DNA of 32,000 nucleotides from Caedibacter taeniospiralis (GCF_002803295.2 NZ_PGGB02000004.1:264-32263), one strand, 5' to 3'; shown: positions 7,384 through 16,069, counted from the stretch's first letter. The notes: a model not told the origin generated them from the letters alone. Translations and numbers: made by a program.

Positions 7384-8715
7384 ATGGGGAAGCTTATCAG
7401 CAACGGCAAACACTATCTTCGATTTTGGGCTTTTCCTGCTTTACTGATTATGTTTGTGATCTTAAATCTATTTTTCATCGTGCTCTCGTACCAGCAATAT
7501 CGATATCATCAATATCACAAGACGTTGTACTCGCTGACCAATACCACTTTTAAAGTCTATCTGCAGCAATACCATGCACAGCAGTTGAAGTTTGAAGCGA
7601 TTGATCCTGTGCCCAGCTATATTACCTACGAATTTACTGCTAAGCCCACATTTTCCCCTGTCATTGAGCTCGACATACCAACCAAACAACAAAAAAACAG
7701 TCACCTTTTATACACTGAAATTAAAAATCAGATCAAAAATGAACTGGGGGAACTTCCCTTTTTCCATTCCAAACAGATTTCTATCTGTTACGTTGATCTT
7801 ATGCAATGCGCAAACTTCACCATTGAATTGCCAAATCGCTATTATCTGTACTTTTTGCTGTTGACTTTTGCTATCTTTATGGTGCTCATTATCCCCTTGC
7901 ACTTTCTATACAGTCAAAGACTGCTTCAACCATTTTTGCGCATGCAACAAATTGCAGACAAACTGGACATTAATAACAATCCCTCCGTAATACAGCCTTT
8001 TAACGTTAAAAATTTAGCGGATTTAATGGAACAAACCTGTCACAAACTCAATAAGCTAATGGATGAAAAAATATATACCATTAAGGCCATCTCTCATGAT
8101 TTAAAAACACCTATAACGAAGGCCAAGTTATATACCTATAACCAGGTGCCTGAAAAACATCACCCTGAGCTTCTCAAATATTATGACGACATGGAATACT
8201 TGCTGACACAAATTGGTCATTATACAAAAAAGCAATACTTGAACGAAAAGCAACACAAAATTGACGTGGTCGACTTTAGTGAGTCGATATGTCATGAATA
8301 TCAACTAAATGGCTTTGAGGTCAGCTTTTCAACCACACTGACAACAGCGCTGATCACCATTCAACATAAGGCATTTAAACGCGTTATGCAGAATCTGATC
8401 GACAACGCTTTAAAGTACGCAGGCAGCGTTACAGTCGTGCTGAAATACGATAATAATGAACTGTGCTTATTCTTTACGGACAAGGGTCCTGGCGTTGCAA
8501 CGGAGCATTTAAGCAAACTATGTGATCCTTTTTATCGCGTCGATGCTGCTCGCAGTCATAACGTCTCAGGTTCAGGGCTTGGTCTTGCCATTGTCAAAGA
8601 GATTCTTGTACACAATCAAGCTAAATTAGTGATTTTCAACAATAACCCACCACCTGGGTTAAGCGTCAAAATCTCATTTAGTCATGTTATTTTGGTACAA
8701 TCAATGGAAACATAA
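7384..8715 (+). CDS. Membrane sensor histidine kinase (HisKA + HATPase_c), orphan
   Basis: AGGGAG Shine-Dalgarno site. Two hydrophobic segments. H-box ISHDLKTPIT, N-box NLIDNALKYA, G1 DKGPGV, G2 GSGLGLAIVKE. No response regulator gene is adjacent. Confidence 0.85.
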   Translation: MGKLISNGKHYLRFWAFPALLIMFVILNLFFIVLSYQQYRYHQYHKTLYSLTNTTFKVYLQQYHAQQLKFEAIDPVPSYITYEFTAKPTFSPVIELDIPTKQQKNSHLLYTEIKNQIKNELGELPFFHSKQISICYVDLMQCANFTIELPNRYYLYFLLLTFAIFMVLIIPLHFLYSQRLLQPFLRMQQIADKLDINNNPSVIQPFNVKNLADLMEQTCHKLNKLMDEKIYTIKAISHDLKTPITKAKLYTYNQVPEKHHPELLKYYDDMEYLLTQIGHYTKKQYLNEKQHKIDVVDFSESICHEYQLNGFEVSFSTTLTTALITIQHKAFKRVMQNLIDNALKYAGSVTVVLKYDNNELCLFFTDKGPGVATEHLSKLCDPFYRVDAARSHNVSGSGLGLAIVKEILVHNQAKLVIFNNNPPPGLSVKISFSHVILVQSMET

Positions 8716-8822
8716 TCTGGAATGCGCCTGTAAATCATCAACTTGCCCCACCTCTCCCCCTTGCGGGAAGCTCGGAAGGCGTAGCACTGGAAGCGCAATA
8801 TATTTTGGATCTTAGGGGCTAC

Positions 8823-8869
8823 ACTTCTCCCTTTTGATGGGAGAAGTCGCCAAAGCGTATGCTTTGGCG
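8823..8869. repeat. Two abutting perfect 9-bp hairpins (REP-like / bidirectional terminator candidate)
   Basis: ACTTCTCCC-TTTTGAT-GGGAGAAGT (8823-8847) is directly followed by CGCCAAAGC-GTAT-GCTTTGGCG (8848-8869). Imperfectly inverted CCCCACCTC / GAGGGTGG motifs flank them. They lie between convergent genes. Confidence 0.5.
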
Positions 8870-9063
8870 GATGAGGGTGGCTTTATAAGTGCATTTCACC
8901 CATCACTCGTAAGGCTACTATCCCCGCACCTTCCTTGTGATCAAGTTCAGTCTTAATCTGTTCGGATAACTTGGATTTGTAAGATACGATTTTTAATATT
9001 CATCTGATTTAATTTCTCTTTACCCAGTGGATTTAAGACCGTACCCGTCCACCTACGCCACTG

Positions 9064-10686
9064 TTATCCTATTAGTTTCCCATTTTTTGTGTAGCTGGCA
9101 ATAGCTGTAAAGCCTGGACAAAAACCGTCTGTTGAAAGTATTTCTTTATCAAAATCAGTTACAGTTTTCAGTATCTTTATATTTAATGGTATTAAACGCT
9201 CCTGCGAATAATCGTCATATTGGGTGCAAGATCCGATTTTATTTAATTCAGAATTATTAATTTCAATGTCATCTGAGTAAAGGAAAAAACCTAAATCTCT
9301 TGGGTAAAAATTCCAATTCTTTCCATGTAATAATAAGCCCTCTTTTGCTGTTACATTATTGAAATATAGCTTAAGTTTGGCTGTCTTATCAGTAAAAATT
9401 GTGTCCCTTAAAATAAACACGAAGTTATCTCCTTCTTTATCGGCATCTATCACAACGTGATTAAAATAAATTGGTTTTGGGGTTAGGTTTTCTGTCTTAA
9501 CCCTAACCAAGCCGCGACCATAATCAGCTTTTTCAGCTACTAAAACTTTTAGGTTTTCAAAGCTATTCGCCTCTCCAATCATCAAATATCCATTAGGATA
9601 AAAGTGTAATATCGCTTGATTTTCACCTTGCATAACTAAACCAGCAGGGATCGTTACTTCACTTGTGATTCGATACTCAATTGGAGCAAGCTTAATCACA
9701 ACAGGATGATCCGCATCCAGCTTGGGCGAAATATTTGGATCGTTTTGCGCAATAGCGATCAGATCCTGCAAACTTTGTCCTTTATGTCCATAAATCACAC
9801 GATCTTGAATGGTAAATCCTTGTTTTGCCACCGTATCAACACGAGCTGAAAGATCTTTGACCTTGGTGTCATATTTTTGATCAAGCTCATTCACAAATTG
9901 CATGGCTTTGTCTGCAGCAGTACTTGCCTTATCTGCGGTGGTACTGGCTTTATCAGAAGCATTCCTGGCATCTTTTGCATTGCTTTCAGCGGTACTCAGT
10001 CTTTGATCAAACTGATCTACCTTATCAGCAGAAGCTTTAGCGCTATCCGCTGTTTGTTTGGCAGTATTTGCGGTCTCGGTGGCAGTAGTTGCAGCTTCGC
10101 TTGCTTTATCAGCGGCGGCTTTAGCCGCATCTGCGGTAGCTTTAATACCATCTGCCGTTTGTTTAGCCGTATCAGCTATTTGTTTTGCTTCGGTTGCCTT
10201 GCTCTCAGCAGCACTGACTCGGCTATCATAGCTATCTACCTTGGTGGAAGCCGTTTGTGCGGTTTGTGTGGCACCTTTAGCTTGCTCGTTGGCAGAGGAC
10301 GCAATTTGTTTGGCAGAAGTAGCATCGCTTTCTGCATTAATAAGACGCGTATCAAAGCTTGCGACCTTTGTTGCTGCTTGCTGTGCGATGGTATTCGCAT
10401 CATTAGCTGTTGTTATGGCAGTGTCGGCTTTATTGCTGGCTGTTTTTGCTGCCGTTTCCGCATTGTTAGCATGAGCTTCGGCATTGCTGGCATGGGTTTC
10501 TGCTTGAACAGTCTGAGCAGAAATCTCATCAATCGAATCTTCAATCGAATCTGCCCAGCCATAATTAAGTGCATCAATTAAGCTCTTAAGTGTTGGCAGA
10601 TGTGTAGGATCAAGATAGGGAAGCTTAGCATTCCCCATAGAGGTCATTGCTAGAGCAATACCCCCGATAATAAGTTTTGTTTTCAT
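9064..10686 (-). CDS. Secreted alanine-rich coiled-coil protein with a C-terminal beta-rich globular domain (surface or extracellular protein, function unknown)
   Basis: AGGAGA Shine-Dalgarno site. Signal peptide MKTKLIIGGIALAMTSMGNA. Residues ~57-289 are Ala/Thr/Lys/Asp-rich heptad-like repeats, with KV(A/D)xFDxR(L/V)xxAESxA occurring three times. The C-terminal ~250 aa are non-repetitive and beta-rich. Confidence 0.7.
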   Translation of the reverse strand: MKTKLIIGGIALAMTSMGNAKLPYLDPTHLPTLKSLIDALNYGWADSIEDSIDEISAQTVQAETHASNAEAHANNAETAAKTASNKADTAITTANDANTIAQQAATKVASFDTRLINAESDATSAKQIASSANEQAKGATQTAQTASTKVDSYDSRVSAAESKATEAKQIADTAKQTADGIKATADAAKAAADKASEAATTATETANTAKQTADSAKASADKVDQFDQRLSTAESNAKDARNASDKASTTADKASTAADKAMQFVNELDQKYDTKVKDLSARVDTVAKQGFTIQDRVIYGHKGQSLQDLIAIAQNDPNISPKLDADHPVVIKLAPIEYRITSEVTIPAGLVMQGENQAILHFYPNGYLMIGEANSFENLKVLVAEKADYGRGLVRVKTENLTPKPIYFNHVVIDADKEGDNFVFILRDTIFTDKTAKLKLYFNNVTAKEGLLLHGKNWNFYPRDLGFFLYSDDIEINNSELNKIGSCTQYDDYSQERLIPLNIKILKTVTDFDKEILSTDGFCPGFTAIASYTKNGKLIG

Positions 10687-10713
10687 TATTTCTCCTGTCG
10701 TTACTAATTTTTA

Positions 10714-10786
10714 ATTCAACATTCAACATTCAACATTCAACATTCAACATTCAACATTCAACATTCAACATTCAACATTCAACATT
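10714..10786. repeat. Perfect heptanucleotide tandem repeat (ATTCAAC)x10 plus a partial unit; GTTGAAT on the coding (minus) strand of both flanking genes
   Basis: Counted directly: ten exact units at 10714-10783, then ATT. The array starts at the stop codon of the upstream OMP gene (TAA at 10787-10785). It ends 27 nt upstream of the ATG at 10686. Confidence 0.97.
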
Positions 10787-11576
10787 AAAAATGATAACCA
10801 AGACTGAAGGACAGATTGAGCATATTGGGCACATAACTGCTGCCGTAATAAGGCGCATAAGTATTTTTTCCAAGACCAAAAATATATTGTGCCTCCAGCG
10901 CAAGACTTAGGGAGTATGGCAGTAAATATTGATAACCCAATGAAATAAATGGGCGGATATTGGTTTTATTCATTCCTTTTAATGCTGGATTGTGATAGGC
11001 GGGGATAGTGGTTGTAGGACTGAACTTGGAAAAAACAATGGCAGGTCCCGTGGATAACAAAATTTCACTATCGATACTGGCGATAGGAAAGTGCGCGGTC
11101 ATTGATGGATTAATGCCAGAAAAAGCCATTTTAATTTCTCCATTGGAGAATATTGAGCCACCATTATCAAGATTAAATGAAGCTGTTGCGCTACTTGCAT
11201 ACCAATAGCGCACGCCAAAAGATAAATATTGCCATGGGCGAATACCAAACTCGGCAGCAAAGTAAGGAGAATAGCGTTTAGCGGGTTGGTAAACATCAGA
11301 TGTACCCGCTCCAGGCAGCTCAACCGTTTGTTTTGACTGCGGAAAGCTTTTGTACGAAGCGCCACCGTAGACGCCAACATAAAACCAATCCTGGGCAGCC
11401 AGTGTTGTTCTTCGATCATCCTGAGCCAGAGTGATACGAATAGCAGTATCCAAATCGCTTGATCTTGCCGATGCTGGATTGCCTGCTGATTCCGAAATAA
11501 TATCCGAATTTGCGTAAACAGTTCCATTTGTAACACTTAAAATGGGTAATAGTATCAAGTGAAGTTTTCTCATCAT
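10785..11576 (-). CDS. Outer-membrane beta-barrel protein (OMP_b-brl/opacity-like family)
   Basis: Signal peptide MMRKLHLILLPILSVTNGTVYA. DWFYVGVYGGASY motif, alternating aromatic strands, and the terminal ..SFSLGYHF with a C-terminal Phe. The track start at 11582 is GTG. The ATG at 11576 is preceded by TAAGGTG and is preferred. Confidence 0.65.
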   Translation of the reverse strand: MMRKLHLILLPILSVTNGTVYANSDIISESAGNPASARSSDLDTAIRITLAQDDRRTTLAAQDWFYVGVYGGASYKSFPQSKQTVELPGAGTSDVYQPAKRYSPYFAAEFGIRPWQYLSFGVRYWYASSATASFNLDNGGSIFSNGEIKMAFSGINPSMTAHFPIASIDSEILLSTGPAIVFSKFSPTTTIPAYHNPALKGMNKTNIRPFISLGYQYLLPYSLSLALEAQYIFGLGKNTYAPYYGSSYVPNMLNLSFSLGYHF

Positions 11577-11758
11577 TAGCACCTTAGTTGCTTAAAACAT
11601 GGGGGATGATAAAAATAAATCAAAGGGTGCGCGACATTAATTCAAAAAGATGGACAAAATGATGACTTTTGAGTGAAAAGATGCTTTTTACTGAAAATTT
11701 CCCTTCCTGCTAATCAAAAGAAAAAGAGTGGCTATTAAGGCAAAAATCAGTATAATTC

Positions 11759-12595
11759 GTGCTAAAAATGACTTCAATACACTCTAACTCAATGCCTGCA
11801 ATTAAAGATGTACATAGATGGAGTTTCCCGAAGCATAAGAATGCGCTCAAGAGACTAATTAAACCAATGACTGATAAATTATGTGCAACTGGATTATCTT
11901 ATACTCGGTTATTTGAAAATGGGCAGGTGATTGATTTACCCGTATTGGAGTGTGAGCTACATGGAGTATGGTTGGAAGGAAATCCCAACCAAGACCCTGC
12001 GTTTCTTTTAAACAATGTAACAAAAATTCCAAAAATGATGTGGTATCACGAATTAGGCTCTTTTTTGTGCACAGAAGATCAATCTCACTACGCCTTTATT
12101 GAAAATATGCGTCCATTTGACCCTTGCCTGTCGTACATTAAATATAACAAGGATAATTCGATTAGTCGCCTTTCCGTAATTACTTCATGCCCAATACTTG
12201 GATTTTTCAGTGATAAACATCATGTGCTGGATCAATGTATAACTTCGATTGAGTCTTATTTATTTGATCCTAAGACAAGATTTGCTCAAGATTTCGACAT
12301 TTCTAATGACATTACCCCTATTGTTTTTAAGGGTGTTAAAGATAGTGTTATCCTTGATGTTTTATCTCAGTTTACAACTCAGGAACTGGCTTGTTTCAAA
12401 TTAATTTACACAGGGCATTATGAGTCAAAAGAAATTGCATCGAAACTTCAAAAATCGCCAAGAACAATCGAAGGGATTATTGCACGACTTTTACATAAGC
12501 TAAATTGTAATAATAAGTATGAGCTGGCAGTAAAGATCAGCAAAATGCACGATGTAATGCGATTCGTGCTTGTAAGGGTAAGTGCTACCACATGA
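11759..12595 (+). CDS. LuxR-family transcriptional regulator, paralogue 1 (C-terminal GerE/LuxR HTH, ~200-aa N-terminal domain of unknown type)
   Basis: C-terminal block FTTQELACFKLIYTGHYESKEIASKLQKSPRTIEGIIARLLHKLNCNNKYELAVK matches the LuxR/GerE HTH. The track start at 11759 is GTG; the ATG at 11768 is an alternative. TATAAT at 11751-11756. Confidence 0.65.
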   Translation: MLKMTSIHSNSMPAIKDVHRWSFPKHKNALKRLIKPMTDKLCATGLSYTRLFENGQVIDLPVLECELHGVWLEGNPNQDPAFLLNNVTKIPKMMWYHELGSFLCTEDQSHYAFIENMRPFDPCLSYIKYNKDNSISRLSVITSCPILGFFSDKHHVLDQCITSIESYLFDPKTRFAQDFDISNDITPIVFKGVKDSVILDVLSQFTTQELACFKLIYTGHYESKEIASKLQKSPRTIEGIIARLLHKLNCNNKYELAVKISKMHDVMRFVLVRVSATT

Positions 12596-12639
12596 CAATA
12601 GTTAAGTCAATACGTAACATTACGCTATTTTAAAGGCAA

Positions 12640-13497
12640 ATGAGCAGGTACAATATTGATCAGTTTGTAGCAATTAAATACGGCAAACAACTCATGGAGG
12701 TTATGAATACAATGAATGGTTCAATACAAACCCGTCCTTTAGCGGATATATATAAACAGCAATGGAAAAAATATGAACACATCTTAACCAGGATAACTAA
12801 ATCGCTTGATTTTCCTTTCCAAATTGAAGGTCTGGCTTATACCGAAACCTTTAAGTCGGGGATAGCAATTAGTATCCCGTTAAAATATTGCGACGCTTTT
12901 TCTGTCTGGACGCAGTCTGAGAGAGCTTACATATCCTCTTTTTCCGCCATAGCTAAGCGTCCCAAAGTGGTAACGCTGGACGAACTTCACGCCTACGCCA
13001 AAGACAAGCTCCCATACCACTTATCCCTCATCACGCAAGATCAGCTTATGCTATTGCCTATTCAGTACAACCACAATTCAAAGGGCTCGATTGCAAACTT
13101 ATGTATATTTGTCAAAAAAAGTGAGTATTTTCATGCTTATGTCCGATATGCACATCTGGATGTGACCAGTTTAACCCAGCATGTAAGGCAATTGCTTCAT
13201 CAGGAATATCAAAATGTGATTACTGAGTTTCTGGTAGATACCGCACCAGATTACAATGATTTAAAAGAGATTTCAGCGATAAACACGGTGGAATTGACTG
13301 CAGCAGAAAAATCATTTTTGCACGCCATCTACGACGGGAGCTATGAAACAAAGCAAATTGCAGAACGCCTAAACAAGTCAGTTAGAACGATTGAAGGAGT
13401 AATGGGGCGAGTCGTAGATAAACTTGAATGTAAAAATAGATATGATCTTTTTGTAAAAGTTAAAAACAATCATTCATTTTTAAGTTGTATTATTTAG
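12640..13497 (+). CDS. LuxR-family transcriptional regulator, paralogue 2
   Basis: C-terminal LTAAEKSFLHAIYDGSYETKQIAERLNKSVRTIEGVMGRVVDKLECKNRYDLFVK. Same length and architecture as its neighbours. Confidence 0.65.
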   Translation: MSRYNIDQFVAIKYGKQLMEVMNTMNGSIQTRPLADIYKQQWKKYEHILTRITKSLDFPFQIEGLAYTETFKSGIAISIPLKYCDAFSVWTQSERAYISSFSAIAKRPKVVTLDELHAYAKDKLPYHLSLITQDQLMLLPIQYNHNSKGSIANLCIFVKKSEYFHAYVRYAHLDVTSLTQHVRQLLHQEYQNVITEFLVDTAPDYNDLKEISAINTVELTAAEKSFLHAIYDGSYETKQIAERLNKSVRTIEGVMGRVVDKLECKNRYDLFVKVKNNHSFLSCII

Positions 13498-14346
13498 ATG
13501 TCTTGGGGTATGGAGCTGCCTTCAATGAATACAGTTCAAACAATTTATACGCATTCGTATAGGAAATATGAGCGAAAATTCAATACAATACTTAAAAATG
13601 CAGCATTCAACTTCAAAATTGAAGCAATGGCGTATCAGCGTTGTTATGCAGATGAGAAAGTGTTATCAGTACCGCTATTGGCAGACGATAGTTTAGATGG
13701 ATACTATAACTCACCTAATGCAGACAAAGCGATTTTCCTTGATTTCAGAAATTTGCTGCTATCCCCTACCATTAATAGCATGTGTTATAAAAATGCGGTG
13801 TATCAACTTTATAACCAGTCCTTTTGTTTCGATCACATTATTTCTAATGAATCACGATCAGCTTTACCATGGCATTTGCATTATCACAACGATCATTCAA
13901 TTAGCTTTCTTTGTGTTTTTGTCAACAAAACGGATGCTATTCTTGCTAACAAAGTATTTTATAGCGGATATTTTAATCGATTACATCAGGCGATTGAGCA
14001 GTCGGTTTTAGCAAATACACGGGAATTTGATTTAAATGATTTTATTTTCAATAACTCAAGTCCAACCGTACCATTGCTGTTGGAGTCTGTCCCCAAAGCA
14101 CAATTCGCTGAGCTCAGCTATGCTGAGAATCTTTGTTTTTTAGCTATTTATCAAGGTCATTATGAAGTGAAAGAAATAGCAGGATATGTTAATCGCTCGC
14201 CAAGAACAATTGAGGGGCACATCGCTTCAATGATCCAAAAGTTAAAAGTCAATAACCGTTATGAGCTTTTTATCAAATTAGCTCAAGCACACGAGCATAT
14301 GCGTTATTTAGCGCACTGGTTTTGGATAAAGAACTCCAGCAAATAA
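13498..14346 (+). CDS. LuxR-family transcriptional regulator, paralogue 3
   Basis: The ATG directly abuts the previous stop (TAGATG). C-terminal LSYAENLCFLAIYQGHYEVKEIAGYVNRSPRTIEGHIASMIQKLKVNNRYELFIK. Confidence 0.65.
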   Translation: MSWGMELPSMNTVQTIYTHSYRKYERKFNTILKNAAFNFKIEAMAYQRCYADEKVLSVPLLADDSLDGYYNSPNADKAIFLDFRNLLLSPTINSMCYKNAVYQLYNQSFCFDHIISNESRSALPWHLHYHNDHSISFLCVFVNKTDAILANKVFYSGYFNRLHQAIEQSVLANTREFDLNDFIFNNSSPTVPLLLESVPKAQFAELSYAENLCFLAIYQGHYEVKEIAGYVNRSPRTIEGHIASMIQKLKVNNRYELFIKLAQAHEHMRYLAHWFWIKNSSK

Positions 14347-14418
14347 TCAGTGTCACACTCGCACGTAGTGATAGGCTGAAATGTAGTCACAGCCACGATT
14401 CTTTTGTCTTTGTACTTT

Positions 14419-14982
14419 TCATCTGAACCATTGATCTGCCAGATTAAAGCTTCTCAAGAACTCAAAACTCGGCAGCCAGCGCAGATGTGATAGGAGTGAG
14501 TGGTTGTCGTCATACGGCTTAAGTAATAGCGCCAGTTGGTCTTTGAAACTGGTTTTAAAGCCAACGATTTCATCCAGTAGTTGAGAACGCTCGGCTAACT
14601 CTGAAATGGCTTCCTGAATAGCAAAAATATCTTGTTTTTGCTTAATCATTTTTTGCCAATGATGATAATGTTGATGAAGCCTTTGCTGAGACTCCGTTGG
14701 TAAATAAATAATATATTGTTCTGCTTGTGTGAGCTGAAAGTTAAAGTCCAGATGTTGCACATAAGTGCAAAAATCGCATGCAAGAACCATGTTTTTCAGG
14801 GCATTGTTGGTGTAATCATGATTAAGATTAATGATATGCAACGGGGTATTTTCATGCTGGCAAAAGTGACAACATGTTTGCTGTTCAAACATTTTTTGAA
14901 AACACTCACGATATTTCGGTGCACGCGTACGCTCTAAAAACAAGCGGCTATTATTGGGGATGGCTAAGATCTTTAGTGACAT
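14419..14982 (-). CDS. dotN: DotN/IcmJ, zinc-binding subunit of the type IV coupling complex
   Basis: Blocks matching remembered L. pneumophila IcmJ: LKILAIPNNSRLFLER, CCHFC..., NHDYTNNALKNMVLACDFC, IIYLPTESQQ, LRWLPS. The start is ambiguous. ATG 14982 gives the TAACATG junction with dotM. ATGs at 15000/14997 or 15027 would overlap dotM. Confidence 0.85.
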   Translation of the reverse strand: MSLKILAIPNNSRLFLERTRAPKYRECFQKMFEQQTCCHFCQHENTPLHIINLNHDYTNNALKNMVLACDFCTYVQHLDFNFQLTQAEQYIIYLPTESQQRLHQHYHHWQKMIKQKQDIFAIQEAISELAERSQLLDEIVGFKTSFKDQLALLLKPYDDNHSLLSHLRWLPSFEFLRSFNLADQWFR

Positions 14983-14983
14983 G

Positions 14984-16069
14984 TTAGGATTGATCATCAT
15001 GTAATGACTCGTGAAGTTGATATTCATGCTGTAGCGCAGTTATAACATTATCAATCATGGCAGAAGAAAAAGACGCATTCAGGCTTTCTTCAAATTGCCA
15101 ATGAGTAGTAATAGCGGCACCTTCGACAAAAAAGGTTTTTCTGCCGACATTGTTAAGTGCATACCATAAAGTACGATTAACAGTTTTAAGCCATAAAAAT
15201 GAGGAAGAAGGAACTATTCCCCCTTTTCTTGCCGTACTTAATAAGGCACACAACAGTGTTGAGGTATAGTGATGTTTGCTCATAATTGTCTGGATTTCTG
15301 CATGAGCAATACATTCGCTTAAGTGTTTATTTAAAAAATGATTCAGCTTTTGTGTAGTAAAAAACTTTTTCACTCCATTGGTGTTACCATGACCAAACTC
15401 ACTATTCAAATAGGTCAAAAGTTTATCTGCTTGCTTACGCTTGTCTAAAATACACAAGGGAAACACAGTAGCCAACCCATAAATTTCTACATCTTCTTTG
15501 GTTAATCCATTCAAAGCTCTGCCAAGCTGTTGAGTCAGATTCTCATAAAGAAGATTAAGATCAAGCTTGCCATTAGCGATTAAATGATGGTGTTGCAAAT
15601 ACTCAACAGGTGTTAATGCGGTCTCAAGTTTTACTTTGGACTGAGTTTGGCTGCTATTTGGCGTATAAACTTTGGTAAAATGGTGTGCAATAAATTGGGA
15701 TAGACTCTGCATTGAAAAGGTTTTTCGGTATTTGCGATCAGGATGGAAGAAAAAAAGCACCAAAATAAAAACAACCCCAAGCACCCAGAATGAAGTTGTC
15801 AATGCTTCACTGGTATTGTATCCAAGATACTTGAGTTGCTTCAGTGTTACCGTTGAATCCAGGACATGGTTGCACCAATTCATTAGCATGCTGTAGTGAC
15901 CATCCCATAGCATAATAATGGACAGCTCAAAACGCTTTATCATAAATATTGCTCTAATGAATTGGTTGTGAAATAGCCAGTAAAGCAAAAGTAATGTTAA
16001 TAAAATAATGGCAACCATGTAGGTAGGTGCCATGCCATTATCATTACCAGTATTAGGTGAATTAGCCAT
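14984..16069 (-). CDS. dotM: DotM/IcmP, inner-membrane subunit of the type IV coupling complex
   Basis: N-terminal TM segment, then FLWLKTVNRTLWYALNNVGRKTFFVEGAAITTHWQFE, matching the remembered conserved IcmP block. Preferred start is ATG 16069, preceded by GGAGA. The track start at 16114 would overlap orf98 by 53 nt. Confidence 0.8.
   Translation of the reverse strand: MANSPNTGNDNGMAPTYMVAIILLTLLLLYWLFHNQFIRAIFMIKRFELSIIMLWDGHYSMLMNWCNHVLDSTVTLKQLKYLGYNTSEALTTSFWVLGVVFILVLFFFHPDRKYRKTFSMQSLSQFIAHHFTKVYTPNSSQTQSKVKLETALTPVEYLQHHHLIANGKLDLNLLYENLTQQLGRALNGLTKEDVEIYGLATVFPLCILDKRKQADKLLTYLNSEFGHGNTNGVKKFFTTQKLNHFLNKHLSECIAHAEIQTIMSKHHYTSTLLCALLSTARKGGIVPSSSFLWLKTVNRTLWYALNNVGRKTFFVEGAAITTHWQFEESLNASFSSAMIDNVITALQHEYQLHESLHDDQS

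Noticed and set aside
1929-8000. Short antisense or alternative-frame ORFs inside the fimbrial genes, methyltransferase and kinase (1929-2168, 2214-2504, 2774-3019, 3428-3613, 4347-4535, 6467-6679, 6824-7042, 7468-7704, 7592-7864, 7708-7902)
   Set aside because: All are nested within longer ORFs that have recognisable signal peptides or motifs. They show low-complexity or Leu/Ser/Phe-rich shadow composition and lack start contexts.
9877-10581. 234-aa and 77-aa (10241-10474) plus-strand ORFs rich in Cys/Ser/Gly/Phe
   Set aside because: These are antisense shadows of the Ala-codon-rich (GCN) coiled-coil region of the 540-aa gene. The composition is implausible for a protein, and the minus-strand gene has a signal peptide, a Shine-Dalgarno site and repeat logic.
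10714-10786. Possibility that the 7-bp array is a CRISPR or an iteron-type replication origin
   Set aside because: There are no spacers between units and no cas genes. The units are too short and contiguous for iterons, and no rep, par or dnaA-box context is nearby.
10677-10910. 77-aa plus-strand ORF translating as STFNIQHSTFNIQHSTFNIQ
   Set aside because: It is only the conceptual translation of the heptanucleotide array (3 units = 21 nt = 7 aa). It overlaps the end of the OMP gene on the opposite strand and has no Shine-Dalgarno site.
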